Source: a bacterium
GTDB lineage: Bacteria > UBA8248 > JACPRG01 > G963555815
DNA: 64,000 nt
Reading direction: 5' to 3'
Assembly (NCBI GenBank): GCA_965218795.1
Contig: OZ244653.1
Span: 2,592,001-2,656,000, forward strand
The translations under genes and the position numbers were made by a program. This document shows, piece after piece, positions 29,856 through 38,979 of this stretch (within the stretch, counting starts at the first letter, position 1; each line of letters starts with the position of its first letter). The notes under the pieces were generated by a model. That model was not told where the DNA came from, ran no database searches, and saw only the letters and a program-made list of their open reading frames with translations.

Positions 29856-30881
29856 TTATTCGCTCGCCGTGTTGTTAGCTCTCGCCTCAATGTGAGCGCA
29901 GCGGTCCATGAGCGCCTCGAACGTCTCGCCATCGTCGAGCAACATGCCGTCCGCCAGCATTCCGGCGTAGTCATCCGCCAGCGCGTCCCGCGCGGTTCCC
30001 ATGGGGACCAGTTGCAGATCGCCCGAAACCGCTGCCTCGTAGTCGATCCGGTTGCCGGCGGCGTCGTTCTCCGGGAAGAACATCGCCTTGTGACGAGCAA
30101 CAACGCGCGCCAGAGCACGGTCGGCCAACGCCGTTGCCGCGAAGCCTGCATCGTCCAGGCGCGCCAAGTCGTGCCAATGCCGAGAAAGGCGTTCACCCCG
30201 GGGCCTCTGCTGGCGACAGAAAACATGCGCGGCCGTGGCTTTCTCCCAGAAGGTGCGCTGGGCGAGCATGACCGTCGGGTGGGCCGTCGGAAACGCGAGA
30301 TCCGGCAGGAACCGCGCCGCATCGCATGTCACCGGCCGGACTTCATGGGGCTCGCCGGTCGAAAGCGCGCCGAACTCCACCATCACTTCCGGACGGACAA
30401 GACCGCTATCGTCGAACAGGGAGGAATAGCCGATCAGCACCCGGTCGTTGTCCGAGCGGACCCGGGCGGACAGCCCGGCTTGACCCAGGCCGTCCTCAAT
30501 GGCGGGCAGAGCCTGTTCATGGACCCAGGCCGCGAGGCGCACCCGGATCGCTCGCGTCCACCGGCGCTCCTGGCTGCGCGTCGAAGGGAGCGCCTCCTCG
30601 CCGGTGTCGGCGATCAGATCCGATGCCAGGGCCCGGATGTCGCAGGTAATATCGATATCTTCCGAAAACCGGTGGATCGCATGCCAAGCCTTGGACAGCG
30701 ACGTTCCGCCCTTGAATACCAGATCGTCGCGGAACGGCGCGTCGAACAGAGCGCGCAGGGCGCTGACGACCCAGATGTCCTTTTCCAGAAGATACGCCCG
30801 GCGGCCGCTCAAGCCTTCGGCGACTTCCAACGCATCGCGCCTGTCCGTGGACGACAGTGAATGGAACGAAGCTTCAGGCAT
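29856..30881 (-). CDS. abiEii: AbiEii/AbiGii-type nucleotidyltransferase toxin (type IV TA)
   Basis: LEKDIWV, LVFKGGTSLSKA, RFSEDID, RTFWEK, SRHWHD; start overlaps antitoxin stop. Confidence 0.92.
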   Translation of the reverse strand: MPEASFHSLSSTDRRDALEVAEGLSGRRAYLLEKDIWVVSALRALFDAPFRDDLVFKGGTSLSKAWHAIHRFSEDIDITCDIRALASDLIADTGEEALPSTRSQERRWTRAIRVRLAAWVHEQALPAIEDGLGQAGLSARVRSDNDRVLIGYSSLFDDSGLVRPEVMVEFGALSTGEPHEVRPVTCDAARFLPDLAFPTAHPTVMLAQRTFWEKATAAHVFCRQQRPRGERLSRHWHDLARLDDAGFAATALADRALARVVARHKAMFFPENDAAGNRIDYEAAVSGDLQLVPMGTARDALADDYAGMLADGMLLDDGETFEALMDRCAHIEARANNTASE

Positions 30882-31482
30882 GGGCGACCAGAGCGCTGAC
30901 GGGTTCCGCCATCCAGGACGGCATGGTCGCACGCGCAGCCGCCAGCTCCGCCAGATCCCCGCTCGACAGAAGGGGGGCGACTTGTGCCAGACCCTCGTCG
31001 ATCTCCCGGGGACCCAGCCAGGCCAAAGCCCTGATGGCGTTGCCGGCCGGGCGACCGGGCGCCATCAGTTGCCAGCGTGGGGCATGGCGCAGCCGTACCG
31101 TCAATGCGCCAAGTCGCAACTGCCGGTTGGGACCGGAGGTCAGGTAGACGGGGCGCACGGGTATCTGGGTGGTCAGCCCGAGATGGTTGGCCGCGGCTCC
31201 CCCGCAGGGGACGATGGTCTCTCCCCACAATGCCGAAAGCGAAGCGATCACCTTCTCGACGGCGGGTGGACGCGAACCGAACGGCGTCTCGAAAGGGCGC
31301 ATGTATACGCCCTGGCAGATCCGCATCAGCCGCCCCGAACGGGCGAGGCGCGACAACGCCTGATCCACGGCGGCGCGGTTCCCCGAGTGAAGCAGGGCGG
31401 CCGAGCACAACGGCTCGCCCTCTTCGAGGACGGCGGCATGTTCCATGATGTGTTTTGACAGGCTCGGCACGGCGTGCTCCAT
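30874..31482 (-). CDS. abiEi: AbiEi-type antitoxin (DUF6088 family)
   Basis: AVDQALSRL..G.L.RI.QGVY, AANHLGLTTQIP, YLTSGPNR. Confidence 0.88.
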   Translation of the reverse strand: MEHAVPSLSKHIMEHAAVLEEGEPLCSAALLHSGNRAAVDQALSRLARSGRLMRICQGVYMRPFETPFGSRPPAVEKVIASLSALWGETIVPCGGAAANHLGLTTQIPVRPVYLTSGPNRQLRLGALTVRLRHAPRWQLMAPGRPAGNAIRALAWLGPREIDEGLAQVAPLLSSGDLAELAAARATMPSWMAEPVSALVAHA

Positions 31483-31491
31483 CGACAGAAT

Positions 31492-31519
31492 TGTCAGAAA
31501 TTCAACTGATTTATTGACA
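31492..31519. promoter_or_regulatory. Imperfect inverted repeat upstream of abiE operon (probable autoregulatory operator)
   Basis: tgtcagaaat...atttattgaca. Confidence 0.5.
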
Positions 31520-31599
31520 TAACAAGAAGATATGACAACCCGGAAGCCTATGCAAGGGTTCGACGGTCCCGGTCCGCACCTCCCTTGATTCCCGGACCC

Positions 31600-32075
31600 A
31601 TGCCCTCACACTCGCCGCATCGCCAATGCCCTTCCTGCCAGCGTCCGCCATGGCCTGAATCGGCGGAAACGCCTGTAAAAATAGAGTGTTACGGCCATGA
31701 CCGGTTGCCGACGAGGCGACGAGGAGCTGAATCTTCGCTGGTGCGACACCGGAGACGATGCGATCAATCTGCCCGACGGCGAGACCGGCCCACGCGCGAG
31801 GCCGCTCGACGAGGCGGAGAGGACGCTTATCAACGCGCTGCCTGGAGAGCGGAGCTCGGATGGCTTTGTGTTTCCGTGCCATGCCCAGCAGCAGAACATG
31901 CTTCGGCTTCGCTGGCGGACGGTTTGCGCGGATGCCGCGGTTCGCGGCAAGCTTCGGATTCACGATCTGCGACACACTGCGGCCAGTCATGCGGTCATGT
32001 CCGCCGAGAATCTGCTGTTCGTCGGCAGGCTGCTCGGCCACCGTCGGCACCGAGCGCAGTCCATGCACGGCCCCT
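31600..32075 (+). pseudogene. C-terminal tyrosine integrase remnant
   Basis: TGCRR, LNLRW, LPDGETGPR, RIHDLRHTAAS, GRLLGHRR; no N-terminus, no catalytic Tyr region. Confidence 0.85.
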
Positions 32076-32236
32076 TCAGGGGCTTTTCCTGGGCGATTCA
32101 GGGGACCTTTTCGGGGGGGGGGGGGGCCACTTGTCATTCACACGATGCCTGCCCCTGGTCCATCAATCACTCCCCCCTTGAGGGGGAGTCGGCAAGGCAA
32201 GGGCCCGGCCCGCGGATCTTGCCGGTGGGGGGAGAC
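32075..32236 (+). repeat. REP-like palindromic repeat (copy 1)
   Basis: cactccccccttgagggggagtcggcaag...cttgccggtgggggg; near-identical copy at ~36765-36920. Confidence 0.8.
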
Positions 32237-32294
32237 AACTGCGCGCCTTCACGTGGCGAGGTGGCCTTTGCCGGTAATATATATAGATTCATTC

Positions 32295-32525
32295 TCAAGA
32301 GCCGTGAGATCTCGTTATCATATTGATATTATTGGATAAGTCATGTTTTTCCTGCTCTTCTCTGGAACCCGCATTCCATAGTCCGTAATCAAAATGAAAG
32401 CGGATTCGTTAAAACACACGCGCATCCAGAGGTGTTCCTGGCGGACCGTTACACCTTCACCCTAAAATAAAAAGTCCCACTCCGCAACAACTCGCTTATG
32501 GTTAAGTCCGGTGCCCGGTAACGCC
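32295..32525 (+). repeat. Dispersed integrase-tail repeat, copy B
   Basis: tatcatattgatattattggataa...atcaaaatgaaagcggattcgttaaaa...cgcaacaactcgcttatggtta. Confidence 0.85.
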
Positions 32526-32692
32526 TATCCACGAACCACCGGTCCGGTCCCTTACGCGCCGGAATACAGACGCGTACGGCGGATAAGTTTTTGCCATGGG
32601 AACACATCGCTGCATAGTCTGAAGGTGTCCACCAAAGCCGGGGCAACTCCGATATGGGGACACGGATTCGCCTGTCAAAGGAGGCGCGTTGA

Positions 32693-33220
32693 ATGAAATT
32701 CGTTTTGATTTCCGCATGTATATTCGTCCTTGCAACAATTTGTCATAGCGCCGCGGAACAGCCTTTGACCAAAGGTTACGTCAGGCGGCTTTTATCGAAC
32801 CCGCCTCGACATCAGGAAAAACTGAGACCGGGGACGCTCCATGGTTGCGTCCACATACCCGCCAGGGGCTTCTTCCAAAGACTCATGGTGGGTTCTGAAA
32901 TCACCGGAGAGAGCTGCTCCATCACCGTGAACCAGGACAACACCGCAAACGTCAGTTTCCTGGGAGATGACGCCATATCCCTGGTGAGCACGAGTACGGA
33001 GAGATACCTTACCGATATTTTTATCGGAGAATTGGGGAACGACCAGGTGCTCATCGTCCAGCATCATCGGGGCGAAGTCGTGTCGGTCACTCAGACTGTC
33101 TATGACAAAAACGGCGATGTGGTGTATGGCCGCTCCGGAGTCGGTGAATTCCTCAGGGAATGCAGTTTCGGAATGACGACGTCCGAAAGACTGGCCGGCA
33201 GAAAGAGGTGCAAAAAATAA
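32693..33220 (+). CDS. Hypothetical exported protein
   Basis: AGGAGG RBS, signal peptide MKFVLISACIFVLATICHSA, several Cys. Confidence 0.7.
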   Translation: MKFVLISACIFVLATICHSAAEQPLTKGYVRRLLSNPPRHQEKLRPGTLHGCVHIPARGFFQRLMVGSEITGESCSITVNQDNTANVSFLGDDAISLVSTSTERYLTDIFIGELGNDQVLIVQHHRGEVVSVTQTVYDKNGDVVYGRSGVGEFLRECSFGMTTSERLAGRKRCKK

Positions 33221-33341
33221 GGGAACCATATACTCGGCCAGCCGTTCGCCGATGAACGGCGCATCGCTCGCGGCGTGTTCCATCAAGGGCTTGTCGGTCT
33301 CGGCCGCGACCTTCGCGCGGCCTGCCCGATGCGCTCGTCCT

Positions 33342-33740
33342 TCATCCCGGCCCGGGCCTCGTGCCCCGCCTCCCGGATGAAGGACGGTTGAAGATAAAAT
33401 CGAAGCTCAACCAAAGGCTCTTGGAATACCGTAAAAAAAACACTGGAAACAGGACGCAAAAGCCAGCCCACAGCAAAAGTTGCCAGTTGAGCGAGATGCT
33501 TGTGTAGACATCGAGAATGAAATACCCGGCCAACGCAATCAGCGTGGTCAACCCGTAATTGATGTATATCGCCCCAACGCAGTACCCCATTTCCGGCTCA
33601 CAAGGGAGCCCGCATTCGGGACACTCCGGAACCATCGAGAACAGGGTGTGGTAGAGCCTTCCCTTCCCGCATCGGGGGCACACGAGCCGCAGACCCCGCT
33701 TCAGAATCGTCATCGCCCGCGACGGGTCCAATCTTCCCAT
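33342..33740 (-). CDS. DUF983-family Zn-ribbon membrane protein
   Basis: CPRCGKGRLY...CPECG, GYCVGAIYINY, two TM segments, YSKSLWL. Confidence 0.8.
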   Translation of the reverse strand: MGRLDPSRAMTILKRGLRLVCPRCGKGRLYHTLFSMVPECPECGLPCEPEMGYCVGAIYINYGLTTLIALAGYFILDVYTSISLNWQLLLWAGFCVLFPVFFLRYSKSLWLSFDFIFNRPSSGRRGTRPGPG

Positions 33741-34007
33741 TGCGTCAACATGCTCCTTCGGCTCGGAAAGCCGACCTCCCGCCATTCGAAGGAGGAAGCG
33801 CGCCCTGGAGAAGCGGCGCGACGCCGTCTCCCTACCAGCGGAGCGAGCCGCGAAGGGCTACGCCGTGTTCGGGCTCCTCATCGCCCGCGTCCTCCGCCCG
33901 GTCTCGCGGGCGGTCAGGATTCAGCCGCTGCGCGGGCTCAGGCGCATGGTGGAATAGGCCGGAGGCACGGTTGCGCTGTGCGGGTGGAAGGGGAGCCGGG
34001 ATGGTCC

Positions 34008-34235
34008 CTGGTCCGACACGGACCCGCCGGGATACGCGGGAGTTTTAATGAATCCGCTTTCGTTTTGATTACATGCTGTAACAGGCGGGTTCCGAACGGA
34101 ATTGGAGAAAATGTATATTTATAATCATATCAATATGATATGAGGATCTTACGGCTTATGAAAACGGCTCGATGTATCTGGGTTGAAAGGGCCGTGCATC
34201 GACCGTGCTCGATGCCGCCGGCGCCCGAGGCCTTT
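34008..34235 (-). repeat. Dispersed integrase-tail repeat, copy C (inverted) with integrase 3' stub
   Basis: Reverse complement reads catcgagcacggtcgatgcacggccc...catcgagccgttttcat...tatcatattgatat...atcaaaacgaaagcggattcattaaaa. Confidence 0.8.
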
Positions 34236-34297
34236 TCCTCCGCGTTCGAGAACTTTGTCGATATCGCGATTGTTGCGGATTCACAAGGAGAAACCCC

Positions 34298-34699
34298 ATG
34301 ACGCACGATGAGGCCCTGGCCTTCCTGAACGAGCAGCGCCATGGCGTTCTGAGCACATTGTTGGAAGACCGCAGGCCGCACCCCACGCCGATCATGTTCG
34401 ATTACCAGGACGGGGTCGTGGAAACCTCCATGACCTGGGATCGCGTGAAAGCCAGAAACCTCAAGCGAGACCCGAGGGCCACGCTTTGCGTGCTGCCGCA
34501 GGACAGGTTCCACCCCTATCTTTGCGTGGAAGGAGATGCGACGCTCGTCGAAGACCCCGATGGTCTGAAAAACCTCGACCTGTACCGGCGCATCACCGGA
34601 AAAGACCCGGATGATCTCGATGAATATCTACAAGCGATGAAAGATGAGAAACGACTCGTGACACGGCTGAGCGTCAAGCGTATGTATCCCCTCACCTGA
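34298..34699 (+). CDS. PPOX-class (F420/FMN split-barrel) oxidoreductase
   Basis: HGVLSTL, PHPTPI, KARNLKRDPRATLCV, YLCVEG; AAGGAG RBS. Confidence 0.88.
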   Translation: MTHDEALAFLNEQRHGVLSTLLEDRRPHPTPIMFDYQDGVVETSMTWDRVKARNLKRDPRATLCVLPQDRFHPYLCVEGDATLVEDPDGLKNLDLYRRITGKDPDDLDEYLQAMKDEKRLVTRLSVKRMYPLT

Positions 34700-34816
34700 T
34701 CCGGCGAGCCTGAAGGGGGGGACGGACAACAAACCCCGCCGCTCATCCGCGCTCACCCGGCCCTTGTTCCGTGCTATGGTTCGGAGCCAATTCATCGCGC
34801 AGAGGAGGACGTTTCC

Positions 34817-35134
34817 ATGGCTGTCACTGCAATCGTTCGCTTCACGCTTCCAGAGGGCAAGACCCAGGAGGACATGGCCGCGGCTTATGAGAAATCCGCG
34901 CCGCTCTACCGGGACGTTCCCGGCCTGGTGCGCAAATACTATCTGTTGTCCGAGGACGTGCGGACCGGCGGAGGCGTGTATCTCTTCGAATCGCGCGCCG
35001 ATGCCGAGCGGCTGTACGACGAGGCTTGGCGGGCCGGACTGCGCGAGCGTCTGGGAGTCGAAGCGAGTATCGAATACTTCGACTCGCCCGTCATCGTCGA
35101 CAACGAGGTCGGGGCCATTTCCACCGCATCCTAG
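34817..35134 (+). CDS. YdhR-like dimeric alpha+beta barrel protein (putative monooxygenase)
   Basis: VPGLVRKYYL, GGGVYLFESRADAE; GAGGAG RBS. Confidence 0.82.
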   Translation: MAVTAIVRFTLPEGKTQEDMAAAYEKSAPLYRDVPGLVRKYYLLSEDVRTGGGVYLFESRADAERLYDEAWRAGLRERLGVEASIEYFDSPVIVDNEVGAISTAS

Positions 35135-35159
35135 CGTGGTCGCAGAGCCTGCCGATGGT

Positions 35160-36689
35160 GGGGCTGTTGAAAAAGCCGGTTTCGAGACCGGGCGCATGCA
35201 GGATCACGTGGCGGCGGCCGCCCGCAAGTCTGTTCGGGGTGTGTGGGCGTGATGGACATGCAGCGGCTCTTGTCCGGCAACGCGGGCCGTCCAATTGGCC
35301 AATAGGATGGCAACAAGGGCGGCCCCAAGCCGCTTGAGATTGATCGCCGCGGCCGTCATGTAGGCCTGGACCTTCATGTTGTCGAGACCGCGCCGGACCG
35401 CGCGCCCGAGGCCGTGCCAGAGCTTCGCCTCGCCGTGGAAGCCTTCCGAACGCCAGAGGTGGCGTTGGTACAGGCGCCGGTCGTCCTCGCTCCATCGCGC
35501 ATGCCGGCGCCGCGCCCTGAGCAGCGCCGGATAGTCATGCGGAAGCACCACCTCCTTGTTGATGCGCGTCTTCGGCAGACACTCGCTCCGAAGCGGACAG
35601 CGCGCGCAGTCGCCGGCCCTGGAATGGAAAACCGCCCGCGCCCGGTGACCCGCAGGGGACGCAGGAGCTTTCCCCGCGGGCACTTCACGATGTTGTTCCG
35701 GGCGTCGTAGCGGAAGCGACGCAGGGGAACCCGGCTCCTGGGCGGATCTCTCCGTGCCGGGATGAGCGGATCAATGCCGCGGCGCTCCAGCCCGCCATAG
35801 ACCTGGGCGTAGGCATAACCGGCATCGGCCGTCACCGTCGCGATCTCCCGACCCGCGACCTCCCGAACCTCATCCACCTGAGCCTCGATCATCTCGCGCT
35901 CGTTCACCGCTCCCGTCGTCACAGAAACGTCCAGCACCACGCCTCTCACGTCGTCCACCGCCGTGTGCTGCTTGTAGCACGGCTCGAGCCGCCGGTTGCA
36001 CGCCGAGGTCGCCAGGCTCGGTCCGCATCGGTGCGGCTCACCTTCCTGGACTTGCCGCGCCGACCGCCTCTGTTCTTCTCCCCTTCAACCTCCTCCTCCC
36101 CGCGGTTCTCCGTCATCACCTCATCCACATGCCGCTCCACCAGGCTCTCCCAGCTGACATCGGCGCGGACCAGCGAGGCATCGATGTGCACAACCTCGGC
36201 CGTGGCGACCTTCGCCTCCAGGCAGGCCCTCACCGTGCGCTGGAATATCTCCCGGAACCGCCTCTCGCCCCAGCGCTGGCGGATCCGGGTCAGGCTCGAA
36301 TGGTCGGGCACACGCTCGTGCAAGCCATAGCCGATGAACCACCGGATCGCGATGTTCACCTGCGCTTCCCGCATCAGCCTGCGGTCGTGCACGATGCCCA
36401 GCAGCAGGCCGGCGAGCATCAACCGCACCGCCACCTCCGGATCGATACCGGGCCGACCGTTGTCCGGGCAATAGCAGTCCGCCACTTCCTCACGTAGCCA
36501 GCCCAGGTCGAGAACACGGTCCACACGCGCCAGTATGTGATCCTCGGGCACCAGCTGCTCAAGCGAGCCGGTGATGAATAACGCCATCTGATCCCGCCCC
36601 TTCCGTCCCAACATCTCGTGGCCTCCCTGTCTCAAGCACAAAATATCGATACACGGAATCACAGAACCAGGACTTTTTCAACAGACCCC
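35160..36689 (-). mobile_element. IS1182-family element, transposase frameshifted
   Basis: TIRs ggggctgttgaaaaagcc / ggactttttcaacagacccc; GRPGIDP, PDHSSL, HIDAS, ADAGY, CPRG, EGFHGEAK split over three frames. Confidence 0.9.
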
Positions 36690-36920
36690 TTGTCGGCAGG
36701 TTTTCGCCGGGCATCGGCGGCATCGAGCAAGGTCGATGCACGGCCCTTGCAACCCCGTTGCAAGGGCTTTTCACGGGCGATTCAGGGGTCTTTTTCGGAG
36801 GGATTTTCCACTTGTCATTCCCGTGGATGCCTTCCCCTGTTCCTTCAATCACTCCACCCTTGAGGGGGAGTCGGCAAGACAAGGGCGCAGCCCGCGGATC
36901 TTGCCGGTGGGGGGGAGAGA
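36690..36920 (+). repeat. Integrase 3' stub plus REP-like palindromic repeat (copy 2)
   Basis: gggcatcggcggcatcgagcaaggtcgatgcacggccc then cactccacccttgagggggagtcggcaag; matches 32040-32236 and 46750-46795. Confidence 0.8.
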
Positions 36921-36958
36921 CGGCTGTTCGGCTTGATGCGGCGGGGGGAGGCCCGAGG

Positions 36959-37891
36959 CTACTCCGCGTCTTTGGAATAGGGGCGCCCCAGGGCCTCAGG
37001 ATAGATGGACCGGCCCACCAGACCCGCCAGGGCAATGATGGTCAACACATACGGGATCATCAGGAGGAATTGATAGGGGACCTCAAATCCTTTGACTTGC
37101 AACCTCAACTGTACCGCATCCGCCACGCCAAAAATGAGCACCGCTCCCCAGACCCCGAACGGATTCCACTTACCGAAGATCACAGCCGCCAGGGCGATAA
37201 ACCCTCGACCCCCCGTCATTCCATCTGCAAACATCTTGACCTGCCCCAAGGAGAGAAAGCACCCTCCCATGCCCGCCAAGAGACCGCCCAGGATGGTGCT
37301 GAAGTAGCGGATGAAGGGGACGCTGATCCCCGCGGTGTCTGCCGCTCTGGGTTGCTCTCCGACCGAACGGATATTCAGCCCCAATTTGGTTTTGGCCAGA
37401 ACAAACCATGTCAACGGCACCAAAATCATAGCGATATAGACTAAGCTATTCTGTCGGAACAGGACTTCCCCCAGGAACGGGATAGAACTCAGGACGGGAA
37501 TTTCGATCGTTGGAAAAGACTTCACCAGGACAGGTTTCGGTGAAATTCCGAAGATCGAGCGAAAAAAGAATGTCGTCAGGCCCAGAGCGAGGATGTTGAT
37601 TGCCACACCGCTGACAATCTGGTCGGCCTGAACTGTAATCGACACAACCGCATGGATGAGCGCAAGGAAACCTCCCGCGGCCATCCCCACCAGCAGGCCC
37701 ACCCAAGGATTGCCGCTGTAATGAGCGCCCAGCACCCCTCCCAGCGCGCCCGCCAGCATCATTCCTTCCACACCGATGTTGAGGACTCCTGAGCGTTCGG
37801 CAATGGTCTCGCCCAGCGCCGCCAACAAGACCGGGGTGCTCAACCGGACAGATGCGGCGAACAAGAGAACCAGAAAGGCGAGCCCGTCCAT
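36959..37891 (-). CDS. ABC transporter permease (nucleoside/BMP-type, NupC-like)
   Basis: ERSGVLNIGVEG, ADQIVSG, GRGFIALAAVIFGKWNP; TGATG coupling with upstream gene. Confidence 0.92.
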   Translation of the reverse strand: MDGLAFLVLLFAASVRLSTPVLLAALGETIAERSGVLNIGVEGMMLAGALGGVLGAHYSGNPWVGLLVGMAAGGFLALIHAVVSITVQADQIVSGVAINILALGLTTFFFRSIFGISPKPVLVKSFPTIEIPVLSSIPFLGEVLFRQNSLVYIAMILVPLTWFVLAKTKLGLNIRSVGEQPRAADTAGISVPFIRYFSTILGGLLAGMGGCFLSLGQVKMFADGMTGGRGFIALAAVIFGKWNPFGVWGAVLIFGVADAVQLRLQVKGFEVPYQFLLMIPYVLTIIALAGLVGRSIYPEALGRPYSKDAE

Positions 37892-38961
37892 CAGCGGCGA
37901 CGCCTCCCAGCGAGTTGGCTCATGCGGAGAACCAGAAAGTTCGTACAGAGAATAAACAGTATGACCAGTCCCTGGAGACAATAGATGATGGCAACGGGAA
38001 CCCCGATGCTGCGCTGGACCATGTTTCCGCCGACGCGCAGCGCCCCGAAGAAGATGGCCGCCGGGACGACGCCCAGCGGATGCGCCTTGCCCAGTAGGGC
38101 CACGGCAATCGCGTCAAACCCATAGCCCGGGGAGATTCCGTCGAGAAGTCGATGATGGATTCCGCCGATCTCTCCGAATCCGGCCAACCCCGCCAATCCT
38201 CCACTGAGGGTCATGGCCCAAGTCACGTTCCGGGATACGTTGATGCCCCCGAACTCGGCCGCCTGCGGGTTGGACCCGACCATCCTGACCTCATAGCCTA
38301 GGGTCGAGTAATAAAGGAGGATGTATACGCAGATCACTGCGAATACCCCGACCAGAAATCCCGCATGGAGGCGAGTCCCCGAAACCAGGGTCGGAAGGAA
38401 GGCTTGCGAGGCGATTCGATCCGTCTGGGGGAAGAAACCGGAGGCCTCTCGCATGGGCTTGTCCACCATATAGCTCACAAGGTGGATGGCTACGTAATTC
38501 AGCATGATCGTGGTGATGATTTCGTTAGCGCCTGTCTTCGCTTTCAGGAAGCCGGTGACCCCCCCCCAAACGGCGCCGATGAGGGCGGCCGCAATGGCTG
38601 AGAAAAGAATCAGGAACCCCCCGGGCCAGGACGTAAAAGTCAGACCCACCCACGTGGCGGCCAATGCCCCCATATAAATCTGACCCTCGGCGCCAATGTT
38701 GAAGAGTCCGCACTGGAATGCGAGGGCCACACCGAGACCCGCCAGCATGAGAGGACAGGCCTTCGTGAGGGTTTCGGTGATGCCGTGAAGACTGCCGAAA
38801 GACCCGATGAACAGGAACTTGTAAGCCTCGATCGGGTTTTTTCCCACCAAAAGGATCAGTACGGCTTCAATGGCGAGGGCCAGGACGATTGCGATGACGG
38901 TCCCTGCCACCGCCGTAAAAGCCGAAGGGCTTTTTCCCCGAACGACGTCGATGAGCTTCAT
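37891..38961 (-). CDS. ABC transporter permease (nucleoside/BMP-type, NupB-like)
   Basis: FNIGAEGQ, NEIITTIMLNY, GYGFDAIAVALLG. Confidence 0.92.
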   Translation of the reverse strand: MKLIDVVRGKSPSAFTAVAGTVIAIVLALAIEAVLILLVGKNPIEAYKFLFIGSFGSLHGITETLTKACPLMLAGLGVALAFQCGLFNIGAEGQIYMGALAATWVGLTFTSWPGGFLILFSAIAAALIGAVWGGVTGFLKAKTGANEIITTIMLNYVAIHLVSYMVDKPMREASGFFPQTDRIASQAFLPTLVSGTRLHAGFLVGVFAVICVYILLYYSTLGYEVRMVGSNPQAAEFGGINVSRNVTWAMTLSGGLAGLAGFGEIGGIHHRLLDGISPGYGFDAIAVALLGKAHPLGVVPAAIFFGALRVGGNMVQRSIGVPVAIIYCLQGLVILFILCTNFLVLRMSQLAGRRRR

Positions 38962-38979
38962 GAGCAGCCCCAGGGCGAT

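Noticed and set aside
32113-32126. Long poly-G tract as phase-variation switch
   Set aside because: Lies in a repeat/pseudogene, not in a functional ORF or promoter; second copy lacks it
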